Positions 35,724 through 45,004 of a stretch of 64,000 nucleotides of DNA are shown here, piece after piece. Source of the DNA: Lachnospiraceae bacterium. Lineage in GTDB: Bacteria; Bacillota; Clostridia; Lachnospirales; Lachnospiraceae. A program made the translations under genes and the position numbers. The stretch is from the NCBI GenBank assembly GCA_032073745.1, contig DAMAMW010000009.1, forward strand, positions 17,533-81,532. The letters run 5' to 3'. Under the pieces are notes generated by a model. That model was not told where the DNA came from, made no database searches, and saw only the letters and a program-made list of their open reading frames with translations. Every line of letters starts with the position of its first letter. The stretch's first letter is position 1.

Positions 35724-36695
35724 CTAATTTGCTGTGAATAAGTCCTTATATGTATTCAGTTTCGCATAGACTTCCTGAGCATATGTACCGCCTGCTGCCG
35801 GATCCATATAGACAGCGGTCAGTGCATAGGATTCTTCAGCTGCTTTTACAAATTCCGGGTTATCAACTGTTTTCTTCATTGCGGCTGTGAAGGTTTCAAC
35901 TACCTCATCCGGTGTATCTTTGGGAAAGGCAACAAAGAAGAATTTGCCGAACTCCATATCAAGTCCCTGTTCTTTTGCTGTTGGAATATCGGCAAACAGC
36001 TCGTTACGTTCATTATTGAGTACAGCAAGTGCCACGAACTCGCCGGTCGTCAGGTAGTCTTTAACCATGGCGTATTCCACATTGATGATATCGGTATTAT
36101 GTCCGGCCAGGGCAGCTATTTTATCTGCATTGCCACCGATATCAACAAGATTCAGGTCAATCCCCGCCTCATCTTCGAGAGCCAGACCAATGATCTGCGG
36201 GTATCCGCCCACTGCCATGCCAAATTCGATCTGCCCCGGACTGGCTTTAGCCTGGGCCAGGAATTCATCCAGCGTGGCAAAACCGGAATCTTTATGTGTG
36301 ACCAGAAGGGTTGTATTGGCCTGCAGGCAGACACCGGCCATCTTGAACTCATCCAGCTGATAATCAATCAGACCGGCGATCTCCGGCAGCATTGCTTCCG
36401 TATGGAAAAACATGCAGGTATAACCATCTGCATCCGCTCCTTTAACCTGCTCCATACCAACGGTACCTGATGAACCGGAAACATTGACGATCGGCATGGC
36501 AACACCCAGGTCTTTTTCCATATATTTTGCCAGAAGGCGGGCATTAGCATCAGTATCACCACCTGCCTTGACCGGTACAATCACCTGAATGCTGTCACTT
36601 GGATAAGTCTCTGACTTTTTATCACATCCGGTAAATAACATGCTCATTGCCATAAGTGCTGCTGCTGTGAAAATAACCCCATTTCTTTTCTTCAT
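35724..36695 (-). CDS. tctC: tripartite tricarboxylate transporter substrate-binding lipoprotein (Bug/TctC family)
   Basis: Lipobox LFTGC. Size and position upstream of tctBA fit the family. Confidence 0.82.
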   Translation of the reverse strand: MKKRNGVIFTAAALMAMSMLFTGCDKKSETYPSDSIQVIVPVKAGGDTDANARLLAKYMEKDLGVAMPIVNVSGSSGTVGMEQVKGADADGYTCMFFHTEAMLPEIAGLIDYQLDEFKMAGVCLQANTTLLVTHKDSGFATLDEFLAQAKASPGQIEFGMAVGGYPQIIGLALEDEAGIDLNLVDIGGNADKIAALAGHNTDIINVEYAMVKDYLTTGEFVALAVLNNERNELFADIPTAKEQGLDMEFGKFFFVAFPKDTPDEVVETFTAAMKKTVDNPEFVKAAEESYALTAVYMDPAAGGTYAQEVYAKLNTYKDLFTAN

Positions 36696-36739
36696 AACGA
36701 CTTCTCCTTGATCTTTGTTTTATTTGAATTGAATATTTT

Positions 36740-36754
36740 ATTACTGTTATAACA
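36740..36754. promoter_or_regulatory. candidate GntR/FadR-type operator, copy 1
   Basis: ATTACTGTTATAACA contains the perfect 10-bp palindrome TGTTATAACA. It lies upstream of tctC. Confidence 0.5.
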
Positions 36755-36809
36755 CTTGATATAAAAAAAATTAACTCCGCGGAAAGTTTACAATTGATCT
36801 CTATCAAAT

Positions 36810-36824
36810 ATTACTGTTATAACA
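36810..36824. promoter_or_regulatory. candidate GntR/FadR-type operator, copy 2
   Basis: Identical ATTACTGTTATAACA. In this copy the palindrome extends to 12 bp (CTGTTATAACAG). Confidence 0.5.
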
Positions 36825-36935
36825 GATTATTCATAAAGGATGCAGCGATATAAAGTGCTGCTTTTTCAGTACTCGTATATCAGCTGCGTGTATCCTGTAT
36901 CTTATATCCCCAGACTTTATATCCTGAGAAATATT

Positions 36936-37610
36936 CTAAGAATCGAGTGTATCCAGAATCGGCTGCAGGGAATCCAGCACATGTTCACGCATCACGGCTT
37001 CCGCCCGGTCGGGATCACCGGCTGCAATCTCATCAATCAGCTTGCGGTGCCAGTATCGGGGATATTCTGTCTTCGATGCCCGCTCCCCCAGGGCTTTACA
37101 CAACACCCAGAACAGATTGATCCGGTTCAGGGTCCGCACCAGCAGGTCATTCCCGGTACATTCAGCAAGTCTGTTGTGAAAACGTAAATGATTATTGCGG
37201 GAATCGACCACACTGTCCTTTGCATATGGAACGGTATCCAGTTCAGTTGCAATCACTCCCAGTTCCCCGATCTGCTCCGGGGTAATACTCCGGCTCAAAA
37301 TCCGGGCTACCTGGCACTCAATCGCTTCACGGACCTGATAACACTGAATGATTTTTTCCTTTGTCGGCATCACCACAAATGACCCCCACTGCGGTTTCGA
37401 CTCGACCAGTCCGTCTTCTTCCAATCGTTTTAATGCCTCTATAACCGGAATCACGCTGACATTGGTGGCTTCTGCCATCTTCCGCCGCGAAAGCTTCATC
37501 CCGGGCTCAAACTCTCCGTCGAGTATCTTCTGGGAAATAATGCGATAGGCGATGTCCGGCGCTGTCTGAAAATTATCTTCTTTCATTCTTCCCCTCACTT
37601 TTTGTGTCAT
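36936..37610 (-). CDS. GntR family regulator, FadR subfamily (wHTH + FCD domain)
   Basis: KLSRRKMAEATNVSVIPVIEALKRLEEDGLVESKPQWGSFV followed by a helical FCD-like C-terminal domain. The start (37610 or 37586) is uncertain. Confidence 0.8.
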   Translation of the reverse strand: MTQKVRGRMKEDNFQTAPDIAYRIISQKILDGEFEPGMKLSRRKMAEATNVSVIPVIEALKRLEEDGLVESKPQWGSFVVMPTKEKIIQCYQVREAIECQVARILSRSITPEQIGELGVIATELDTVPYAKDSVVDSRNNHLRFHNRLAECTGNDLLVRTLNRINLFWVLCKALGERASKTEYPRYWHRKLIDEIAAGDPDRAEAVMREHVLDSLQPILDTLDS

Positions 37611-37655
37611 TTTGCTTGAATCAACGACTCGTTTCGTACTGTTCTTTTATATAAT

Positions 37656-37670
37656 ATTACTGTTATAACA
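37656..37670. promoter_or_regulatory. candidate GntR/FadR-type operator, copy 3 (upstream of the regulator gene)
   Basis: A third identical ATTACTGTTATAACA, about 46 nt upstream of the GntR start. Confidence 0.5.
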
Positions 37671-37749
37671 CTTTTGTCAATCATCTTTTTGTGCATTCCA
37701 TCCACTTTGGTGGCTATACCCAAAATGAACAGAAGATTTTTGTTTATAT

Positions 37750-38493
37750 TTAACAATTCTTCATTGCCTTAAACAGAGCGGGAAGTTCCGCTGCTGCCTG
37801 CTGCAGGCGTTTCAATTCAAACACCCACCTGTCGCCTACCATGATCACATCTTCCGCATCCGGATTATTGAGGATGGTAATGGGATCCTGCTTCCCTTTT
37901 TCCAGTTCAATCAGACAGCGGTGAATGGCTGACATACTGTAGCCGGCGGATCGAAGCATATAGATCACATGTAGTTTATCTATGTTTGTACTGTCAAAAC
38001 GCTGCCGGCCATCATAACCTGATTCAGCCTGAACCAGGTTATTCCGTTCCCAGTTGCGAACTGTTTCCTTTGTCGTACCCAGCAATTTGGCTGCCTCCAC
38101 CCTGCTCAGCGAATCCGGCTGCCACGGACCGGTTTTCAACTTACCGGTAACTGCCCATTCATTCAGAATATCAGCAGCTTTACAGGCGATAGCCAGTTCA
38201 TCGGCAATACTGTCTGAATAAGCCTTTACCTTTACTGCCCCATTAACATAGTCTTTATTGGCCGATGCAAAAAGGACCTGGTTACCGGTATCCCTGATCC
38301 GGCGGTTGAAAAAGGGATAACCAAAGATTCTGCGGCAGATTTTAACCTGTACAACATGAAGTTCGCCAAATATCCGGTAATTATTTTTACTGCGGGCAGC
38401 CGGAGAAATGAATCCCTGACGCTCATACAGGCGAATGGTATTGGGATGAAGACAAAACATATCTGCCAGTTGTTTTGTTGTATAGGCTGCCAT
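37750..38493 (-). CDS. regulator with two MerR-type HTH domains in tandem
   Basis: First HTH is YTTKQLADMFCLHPNTIRLYERQGFISP...YRIF. Second is LSRVEAAKLLGTTKETVRNWERNNLV...RQRF. GGAGG lies 9 nt before ATG 38493. Confidence 0.62.
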   Translation of the reverse strand: MAAYTTKQLADMFCLHPNTIRLYERQGFISPAARSKNNYRIFGELHVVQVKICRRIFGYPFFNRRIRDTGNQVLFASANKDYVNGAVKVKAYSDSIADELAIACKAADILNEWAVTGKLKTGPWQPDSLSRVEAAKLLGTTKETVRNWERNNLVQAESGYDGRQRFDSTNIDKLHVIYMLRSAGYSMSAIHRCLIELEKGKQDPITILNNPDAEDVIMVGDRWVFELKRLQQAAAELPALFKAMKNC

Positions 38494-38526
38494 CTGCAAC
38501 ATCCTCCTCACATTATTTTTTCAGGA

Positions 38527-39720
38527 TCACAAGTGTAGTATCTTATGATTGCCCCGGCCATAAACTGCTCCGACAAGTATCAGCAAAACACCGGAAATGA
38601 TCAAAATTGTCTGCACCGATACAATATCCGCCAGCGGGCCAAATATAAGTATGGCGACTGGCATGGCACTGACGGAAATAATCTGAATGAGAGAGAATAC
38701 CCGTCCTAACATTGATGCATCCGCGGTCTCCTGTATGTATACCGTCTGATTTGTAACGACAAGCGGCAAAATAAAGCCTGCGATGCCGATAAATACCTGA
38801 TAGAGAATAAACCCTGATGAAACCCCCTGAAGTACAAAAGCAGCACCAAAGAGTGCAAGGCTAACAGCAATCACCTTTGTTTTATTCTCGAAGGTTCCAT
38901 GCAGGGACACATAAATTCCGCCGGCAATTGAACCAGATGCCCATACGATTTGATTTATGGTAAGATACTGTATTTCACCGCCAAAGGTGCGTTCAATAAG
39001 AAGCGGAGCCAATGTGGCCGCCGGTGTAAAAAGAAAAAATGAACACGCATAACAAATCAGGATTCGCCGCAGTAACGGATGCCGCAGCGAATAAGAAACA
39101 CCCTCTTTCAGATCACAGATCACAGAGGCTGGCGTTTCCGTCCGGGTCACATGTGTGATCGGGATAAAAACCATAATAAGAATTGCCACACATGCCGTTA
39201 TAACATCTATCATGAATGCCCACACAATGCCGGCCGAACCAAGCACCAGGCCGCCAAGTGCCGGAGCTGCAAGCATACACACCGAACCAATTGTCTGGTT
39301 GATCCCCTGAACCCGTGTCAGCTGCTCATGTGAAACCAATTGCGGGTAGACAGCATTAACTGCCGGCGTCTGAATTCCGGCACCGGTTGATCGTACCGCT
39401 GATACCGCTAAGAGAAGTCCCATGCTGGAACCCCCCGCCCCGAAAGCAACCGCCAGTCCCAATGTTGCTAAGGCAATAAAACCATCGGCAAACATAATAA
39501 GCATCTTGCGGTTATAACGATCCGCCCACACCCCACCCCAAAGGGAGATAATGGCCTGGGGCAGCATGGAACATATGGTAGATAACATCAGCCAGATACC
39601 AGACGATGTTTCCAGAGTAATATACCAGATAATTGCATAACCAGCTACCTGAGAACCAAACAGAGAGATGTTCTGGCTCACCAGAAACAGGGCAATTGTT
39701 TTTTTAGAATCAGTTTTCAT
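38527..39720 (-). CDS. MFS transporter
   Basis: About 12 TM helices and a WADRYNRK loop motif typical of MFS proteins. Confidence 0.8.
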   Translation of the reverse strand: MKTDSKKTIALFLVSQNISLFGSQVAGYAIIWYITLETSSGIWLMLSTICSMLPQAIISLWGGVWADRYNRKMLIMFADGFIALATLGLAVAFGAGGSSMGLLLAVSAVRSTGAGIQTPAVNAVYPQLVSHEQLTRVQGINQTIGSVCMLAAPALGGLVLGSAGIVWAFMIDVITACVAILIMVFIPITHVTRTETPASVICDLKEGVSYSLRHPLLRRILICYACSFFLFTPAATLAPLLIERTFGGEIQYLTINQIVWASGSIAGGIYVSLHGTFENKTKVIAVSLALFGAAFVLQGVSSGFILYQVFIGIAGFILPLVVTNQTVYIQETADASMLGRVFSLIQIISVSAMPVAILIFGPLADIVSVQTILIISGVLLILVGAVYGRGNHKILHL

Positions 39721-39866
39721 TTAGTATACCTCCTGCTGCACAGAAAATGTGTGATATCTGGAAGTATACCACGGATATTCAGGGTGGTGTATGAGTGTAA
39801 GGTTTGTATTCAAAACTCCTTGCCCCGCCATTTCATCTGTAGTATAGTAATCGGGAGGTGATTGAT

Positions 39867-40295
39867 ATGATGATTTCAACAAGAGGCCGTTATGCTCTGC
39901 GTGTTATGGTAGACCTGGCGGAACAGCAGGATGACAGTTATACTCCCCTGAAAGAAATAGCGAAAAGACAGGAAATCTCGGAGAAATATCTCGAAGCGAT
40001 TTTACCTGCCCTGATTAAACATAATTATTTGACCGGCCACCGGGGTAAGGGGGGCGGATATAAGCTGACTTATGCTCCGGAAGCTTATAAGGTTGGCAAT
40101 ATTTTAAAACTGGTTGAAGGAAATATTGCTACGGTGGCCTGCCTGGAACCAGATTCCGGGGACTGCAGCCGGGCCGGCAGCTGCCGTACTCTTCCCATGT
40201 GGGAGCAGCTTAACAGCTTAATTGATAACTTTTTTGAACAGATAACACTCGCTGACTTATGTAAACAGACACAACAGTCCGGCGGTGCCATCTAA
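39867..40295 (+). CDS. Rrf2 family transcriptional regulator (three-Cys cluster-ligand type)
   Basis: MMISTRGRYALRVMVDLA wHTH. Cys triad CLEPDSGDCSRAGSC. GGAGG lies 8 nt before ATG 39867. Confidence 0.85.
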   Translation: MMISTRGRYALRVMVDLAEQQDDSYTPLKEIAKRQEISEKYLEAILPALIKHNYLTGHRGKGGGYKLTYAPEAYKVGNILKLVEGNIATVACLEPDSGDCSRAGSCRTLPMWEQLNSLIDNFFEQITLADLCKQTQQSGGAI

Positions 40296-40297
40296 TC

Positions 40298-40328
40298 AGC
40301 CCCGTATAAACGGGGCTATAATATTTTC
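40298..40328 (+). terminator. candidate terminator after the Rrf2 gene
   Basis: Stem agccccg/cggggct with loop tataaa, followed by an A/T-rich tail. Confidence 0.45.
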
Positions 40329-40338
40329 CAATTACCTA

Positions 40339-40367
40339 TTGACATAGTAGGTTATTAGCGTTATTAT
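40339..40367 (+). promoter_or_regulatory. candidate sigma-A promoter of the sulfhydrylase gene
   Basis: TTGACA (40339-40344), 17 nt, TATTAT (40362-40367). Confidence 0.5.
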
Positions 40368-40403
40368 TATCAGAAATTTACATTTACAGGAGGACGTTGT
40401 ATT

Positions 40404-41690
40404 ATGTCAAATTATCGATTTGAAACACTCCAGCTCCATGTCGGCCAGGAATCCCCCGATCCGGCCACCGATGCACGTGCCGTACCGATCTATGCCACCA
40501 CTTCTTATGTATTTAAGGACAGCGCCCAGGCTGCCGGTCGTTTTGCCCTTTCTGAAAGCGGCAATATCTATACCCGTCTGATGAATCCCACTTCCGATGT
40601 CTTTGAAAAACGAATTGCTGCCCTGGAAGGCGGTGCTGCTGCTCTTTCTGTCGCTACCGGATCGGCAGCGATTACCTATGCGGTGCAGAATATTGCAGTT
40701 GCCGGAGATCACATTGTCGCTTCGAAGAATTTATACGGCGGCACTTATAACCTGTTTGCCAATACATTAAAAGAGCAGGGGCTTGAAACCACCTTTGTCG
40801 ATCCGTCTGATCCGGAAAATTTCGCAAAAGCAATTCAGGATAATACCCGGCTGATATATGCCGAGACCCTGGGCAATCCGAATTCTGATGTGATTGATCT
40901 GCGTGCAGTTGCGGATATCGCCCACCGCCATGGTCTTCCTTTGATTGTGGACAGTACCTTTGCTACGCCATATCTGCTGCGTCCGATTGAATACGGTGCT
41001 GATATCGTGGTGCATTCTGCAACGAAATTTATCGGTGGGCACGGAACTGTTATGGGTGGTGTGATTGTTGATGCCGGTCAGTTTGACTGGGCACAGAATG
41101 ACAAGTTCCCCGGCTTGTCAAAACCCAATCCGTCTTATCACGGGGTTGTCTTTACTGATGCTGTCAAAGAACTGGCCTATATTACCAAAATCCGCACAAC
41201 GCTGCTGCGCGACCAGGGCGCTGCGATTTCACCATTTAATTCATTTCTCCTGCTGCAGGGACTTGAAACCCTATCCCTGAGAGTGGAACGCCATGTGGAA
41301 AACGCCCTGAAGGTCGTAGATTACCTGTCTGCACATCCAATGGTGGAGAAAGTCAATCATCCTTCGCTTGCGGACGGGCGGGCAAAAGAACTGTATGACG
41401 AATACTTCCCCCGCGGTGCAGCATCAATTTTTACCTTCGAGATCAAAGGCAGTGCCAAAGAAGCTCAGATCTTTACTGAGCGGCTTAAATTGTTTTCACT
41501 TCTTGCCAATGTTGCTGATGTAAAATCCCTGGTGATTCATCCGGCATCGACCACTCATTCGCAGATGAATGAACAGGAACTGAACAATTGTGGGATTAAA
41601 CCAAATACAGTGCGTCTGTCGGTCGGTACCGAACATATTGATGATATTATTGCTGATCTGGCACATGCATTTGAGTCTTTCAATAATTAG
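40404..41690 (+). CDS. metY: O-acetylhomoserine aminocarboxypropyltransferase / sulfhydrylase (PLP, Cys/Met metabolism family)
   Basis: [10 protein letters not shown]..., a PLP-lysine motif [11 protein letters not shown], and C-terminal HPASTTHSQ. 428 aa. Confidence 0.88.
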   Translation: MSNYRFETLQLHVGQESPDPATDARAVPIYATTSYVFKDSAQAAGRFALSESGNIYTRLMNPTSDVFEKRIAALEGGAAALSVATGSAAITYAVQNIAVAGDHIVASKNLYGGTYNLFANTLKEQGLETTFVDPSDPENFAKAIQDNTRLIYAETLGNPNSDVIDLRAVADIAHRHGLPLIVDSTFATPYLLRPIEYGADIVVHSATKFIGGHGTVMGGVIVDAGQFDWAQNDKFPGLSKPNPSYHGVVFTDAVKELAYITKIRTTLLRDQGAAISPFNSFLLLQGLETLSLRVERHVENALKVVDYLSAHPMVEKVNHPSLADGRAKELYDEYFPRGAASIFTFEIKGSAKEAQIFTERLKLFSLLANVADVKSLVIHPASTTHSQMNEQELNNCGIKPNTVRLSVGTEHIDDIIADLAHAFESFNN

Positions 41691-41701
41691 GCTATGAAGA
41701 A

Positions 41702-41730
41702 CCCCGGAGAATCTTATCCATTCTCCGGGG
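41702..41730. terminator. bidirectional terminator hairpin
   Basis: 11-bp stem ccccggagaat / attctccgggg with a 7-nt loop, between convergent genes. Confidence 0.7.
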
Positions 41731-41743
41731 CCTGTTTCTGCTT

Positions 41744-42148
41744 TTATTCACATTCTTTTTCATCCTCGTCGCATTTAGACCACGACAGTGTTCCGGTCTC
41801 GACAGCAATCTCATATCTGGCTATCTTATAATTCAACCGGTCCAGCATTGAATCAATCTGGCTGCGCTGTTCCTGCAGCACCTCCCGCTGCCCTTTCAGC
41901 AGCAGCATCCTTGCCTCAATAGTACTGTCACCCTCCTGACACAGCTTTACATACTCAATCATTACTTCGATCGGGATCCCTGCACTTCTCATACATTTCG
42001 CAAGTTCTACCCAACCGCAGTCCGACTCCTGATAATCCCGGATACCACCGGATGTCCGTGTTACCGGCGGAATCATTCCGACCCGCTCGTAGTAACGAAG
42101 AGTATCCTGGGAAATGTCATATTTTTTGCTTACTTCAGCAATCGTCAT
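41744..42148 (-). CDS. MerR family transcriptional regulator (134 aa)
   Basis: MTIAEVSKKYDISQDTLRYYERVGMIPPV HTH with a coiled-coil dimerisation helix. It is the last gene of the detoxification operon. Confidence 0.8.
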   Translation of the reverse strand: MTIAEVSKKYDISQDTLRYYERVGMIPPVTRTSGGIRDYQESDCGWVELAKCMRSAGIPIEVMIEYVKLCQEGDSTIEARMLLLKGQREVLQEQRSQIDSMLDRLNYKIARYEIAVETGTLSWSKCDEDEKECE

Positions 42149-42170
42149 CGGCTTTCTCCCCCTTATCCAT

Positions 42171-43340
42171 TTACAGACACATGTTTAAAATAGCTTCAAT
42201 ATCATCTGCTGCCAGCGGCTTAAATGCATACTTTGTTCCGCCTTTCGCTGCTTTTTCGGCCATAATCTTAAAGTGTGTTTTGTCAATACCAATTTCCGTC
42301 AGGCTACTCTCAAGCCCCAGCGTCTTAAACATAAAATCCTTCAGCAGTTCAATACTTTTTTTCGCAACTTCCATTGGCGGAAGGGATGCATCGATTCCAA
42401 ATACCTGTACGCCAAACTGATAGTACTTAGAAACAGTTGTCTCGTCAAGACAGTACTCCATCCAGCGCGGGGTCAGAATCGCCAGCCCCAGGCCATGTGT
42501 GATATCGTAGTATGCCGACAGCTCATGTTCCATCGGGTGGCAGCTCCATGCCTGTGTCTTACCGCCGTTCACAAAACCATTGATCGCCCAGGAAGATGTC
42601 CACATCAGGTTGGCTCTGGCTTCGTAGTTGGTCGGATCTTTCATTGCAATCGGAGCATATTTGATCACGGTCTTCATCATACCTTCCATAAAGCTGTCGA
42701 GCATAAACAGATCCTGGTTCATATTAAAATATACTTCCATAATGTGTGACAGTATATCGACACTGCCGCAGGCCGTCTGATATGTGCTGACCGTATAAGT
42801 ATTCGTCGGATCGAGAAAAGAAACCTTCGGCTGCATACACGGAAAGAGCCGGCCGATCTTGTCGTTTGTTTCCGGGTTGCTGATCACACCGCCGGTATTC
42901 ATCTCAGAGCCGGTTGCTGCCAGTGTCAATACTGTTACGATCGGCAGACATTTGTCAACGGCCACTTTGCCCAGTAAAATATCCCAGGCATCACCATCAT
43001 AGAATGATGCGGCGCCGATATATTTGGTGCAGTCAATCGTTGATCCTCCGCCGACTGCCAGCAGTACGTCAATATTTTCTTTTTTGCAGATATCGGCTCC
43101 GGCATTAACGGAAGATACCCGTGGATTTGGTTCAATCCCTGAAAGCTCGAACAACTCTAATCCGGCGTTTTTTATCTCAGCCACGATTTTATCATAGAGT
43201 CCGATTTTTTTAATCGAACCGCCGCCGTAAGTCAAAAGTATCCGTTTGCCGTACCTGCTCAGTTCTGCTCCCAGATTGCCTAACTGGTCTTCGCCAAAAT
43301 ATACTTTTGTGGGAATATCGTAAACAAATTTTGAATTCAT
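42171..43340 (-). CDS. iron-containing (group III) alcohol dehydrogenase
   Basis: GGGSTIDC nucleotide-binding motif and a His-rich metal site (...SHIMEVYF..., ...CHPMEHELS...). Confidence 0.85.
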   Translation of the reverse strand: MNSKFVYDIPTKVYFGEDQLGNLGAELSRYGKRILLTYGGGSIKKIGLYDKIVAEIKNAGLELFELSGIEPNPRVSSVNAGADICKKENIDVLLAVGGGSTIDCTKYIGAASFYDGDAWDILLGKVAVDKCLPIVTVLTLAATGSEMNTGGVISNPETNDKIGRLFPCMQPKVSFLDPTNTYTVSTYQTACGSVDILSHIMEVYFNMNQDLFMLDSFMEGMMKTVIKYAPIAMKDPTNYEARANLMWTSSWAINGFVNGGKTQAWSCHPMEHELSAYYDITHGLGLAILTPRWMEYCLDETTVSKYYQFGVQVFGIDASLPPMEVAKKSIELLKDFMFKTLGLESSLTEIGIDKTHFKIMAEKAAKGGTKYAFKPLAADDIEAILNMCL

Positions 43341-43402
43341 TGTAGTGTCCTTTCAGTTGTCCTGTTATTTGATAGTTTTATTTGATAGCCTTCTCAGTCA
43401 TT

Positions 43403-44371
43403 TTATATCGCACCGACAATTTTATGCGGTACATAGTTTTCTTCCAATAATGCAGCATCATCCCGGCTTAGCGTGACTGCGAGGCTTCCAACGGCGTCAT
43501 CAAAGTACTTGGCCTTTGTAGCTCCGATGATCGGTGCCGCTACGCCTTTGTGGAACTGCCATGCCAATGCAATCTGTGACATTGTAACATTATATTTTTC
43601 TGCCATAGCTGCCACTCGCTGTACAATTTCCATATCGGCTTCCCTGGTGCTGTCATATTTTCCTGCTGCCGTTACATCAGTCTGACTGCGCAGGGTCTCC
43701 GCACTCCACATGCGGGACAGTCTGCCTGCCGCCAATGGGCTGTACGGAGTCAACACCACGCCCTGTTCCCGGCAGATCGGAATCAACTCCCGTTCATCTT
43801 CGCGGTAAAGAAGATTATAATGATTCTGCATTGAGACAAACTTTGTCCAGCCATTTTTTTCGGCAATGTACTGCAATTTGGCAAACTGGTACCCGTACAT
43901 GGCCGATGCGCCAATCGCACGTACCTTGCCGGACTGTACGACCTCGTGCAGCGCTTCCATAGTCTCTTCCGGCGTCGTATCATAATCAAACCGGTGAATA
44001 ATTAAAAGATCGATGTAGTCGGTCCCCAACCGCTTTAATGAACCTTCCACTTCACGATGAATGGCCGCTTTCGAAAGTTTTCCCTCGTTAAAGTAAACCT
44101 TTGTTGCCAGTACTACCTTATCACGGGCAATATTCTTCTGTATCGCTTTCCCCAGATATTCTTCACTGGTTCCTGCCGAATAACAGTTTGCCGTGTCAAA
44201 GAAGTTAATTCCTAAATCCAGTGCATGCCGGATAATCTCTTCGCTTTCCTGCGGATTCAGTGTCCATGCATGCATCTTGCTGGCCGGATCACCAAAACTC
44301 ATACAGCCAACGCAAAAACGGGATACTTCTATTCCTGAATGACCTAATATTGTATATTCCATCTTTATCAC
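43403..44371 (-). CDS. aldo/keto reductase
   Basis: GINFFDTANCYS contains the catalytic D..Y region. Also IDLLIIHRFD. Confidence 0.85.
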   Translation of the reverse strand: MIKMEYTILGHSGIEVSRFCVGCMSFGDPASKMHAWTLNPQESEEIIRHALDLGINFFDTANCYSAGTSEEYLGKAIQKNIARDKVVLATKVYFNEGKLSKAAIHREVEGSLKRLGTDYIDLLIIHRFDYDTTPEETMEALHEVVQSGKVRAIGASAMYGYQFAKLQYIAEKNGWTKFVSMQNHYNLLYREDERELIPICREQGVVLTPYSPLAAGRLSRMWSAETLRSQTDVTAAGKYDSTREADMEIVQRVAAMAEKYNVTMSQIALAWQFHKGVAAPIIGATKAKYFDDAVGSLAVTLSRDDAALLEENYVPHKIVGAI

Positions 44372-44889
44372 ACCTCATCAATCCATTTTTTCACTGCGGC
44401 CTCCGCCCTGTCAGCATGGGACCCTGTGATTGCCAGCCCTTTTCTGATATCGGAATCCGGGCACAGCATCTTCAAATCACGTTCGCTGCTGCCCATGCCG
44501 CTGCCTTCGTGGGTACAGAACGGGAGAATTGTCTTGCCTCTGAGATTATGGCCCTCAAGGAAGGTCCATACCGGCATCGGCATCGTATTCCACCAGTTAG
44601 GATATCCCAGAAAAATGATATCGTAGTACTCGGCGTCAATATCCAGGGCTATCTCCGGTCTTGAGTTTGCTCTAAGTTCACTTTTTGCCGCCTCTGTACA
44701 AGCTTCATAATCTGCCGGATATGCATTAAGCGGTTCTATCTTGAACCGGCTGGCTCCGGTAAGTTCAGCAATCAGGTTGCTGACAACCTCAGTATTGCCG
44801 ATTGACAGGTCGACAATTTTGCCATTGGAATAATTCATTCCACTTCTTGAAAAATATGCAATCAGTATGTTTTTATTTTTTATATCCAT
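44368..44889 (-). CDS. flavodoxin family protein
   Basis: The N-terminus NILIAYFSRSG resembles an FMN-binding loop. 173 aa. Overlaps the AKR start by 4 nt. Confidence 0.7.
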   Translation of the reverse strand: MDIKNKNILIAYFSRSGMNYSNGKIVDLSIGNTEVVSNLIAELTGASRFKIEPLNAYPADYEACTEAAKSELRANSRPEIALDIDAEYYDIIFLGYPNWWNTMPMPVWTFLEGHNLRGKTILPFCTHEGSGMGSSERDLKMLCPDSDIRKGLAITGSHADRAEAAVKKWIDEV

Positions 44890-44919
44890 AACAGCGCCTC
44901 CTTTTCATTGATTAATTGC

Positions 44920-44950
44920 ATCATACTCCCTGGAGTTCGCTCTAAGTCAA
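44920..44950 (-). promoter_or_regulatory. MerR-type promoter with a 19-bp spacer carrying a dyad
   Basis: The minus strand reads TTGACT (44950-44945), 19 nt, TATGAT (44925-44920). A dyad ACTCC-ag-GGAGT lies at the -10-proximal end of the spacer; its final T is the first base of the -10. Confidence 0.55.
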
Positions 44951-45004
44951 TACTTTTTTTCAGATCACCTTGTAAAATGAATAGTTAAATTCGTGTTTCA
45001 CCAT

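Noticed and set aside
40328-40403. Looked for an S-box (SAM) riboswitch or T-box upstream of the O-acetylhomoserine sulfhydrylase gene
   Set aside because: Only about 35 nt separate the predicted -10 element from the start codon, which is too short for either element.
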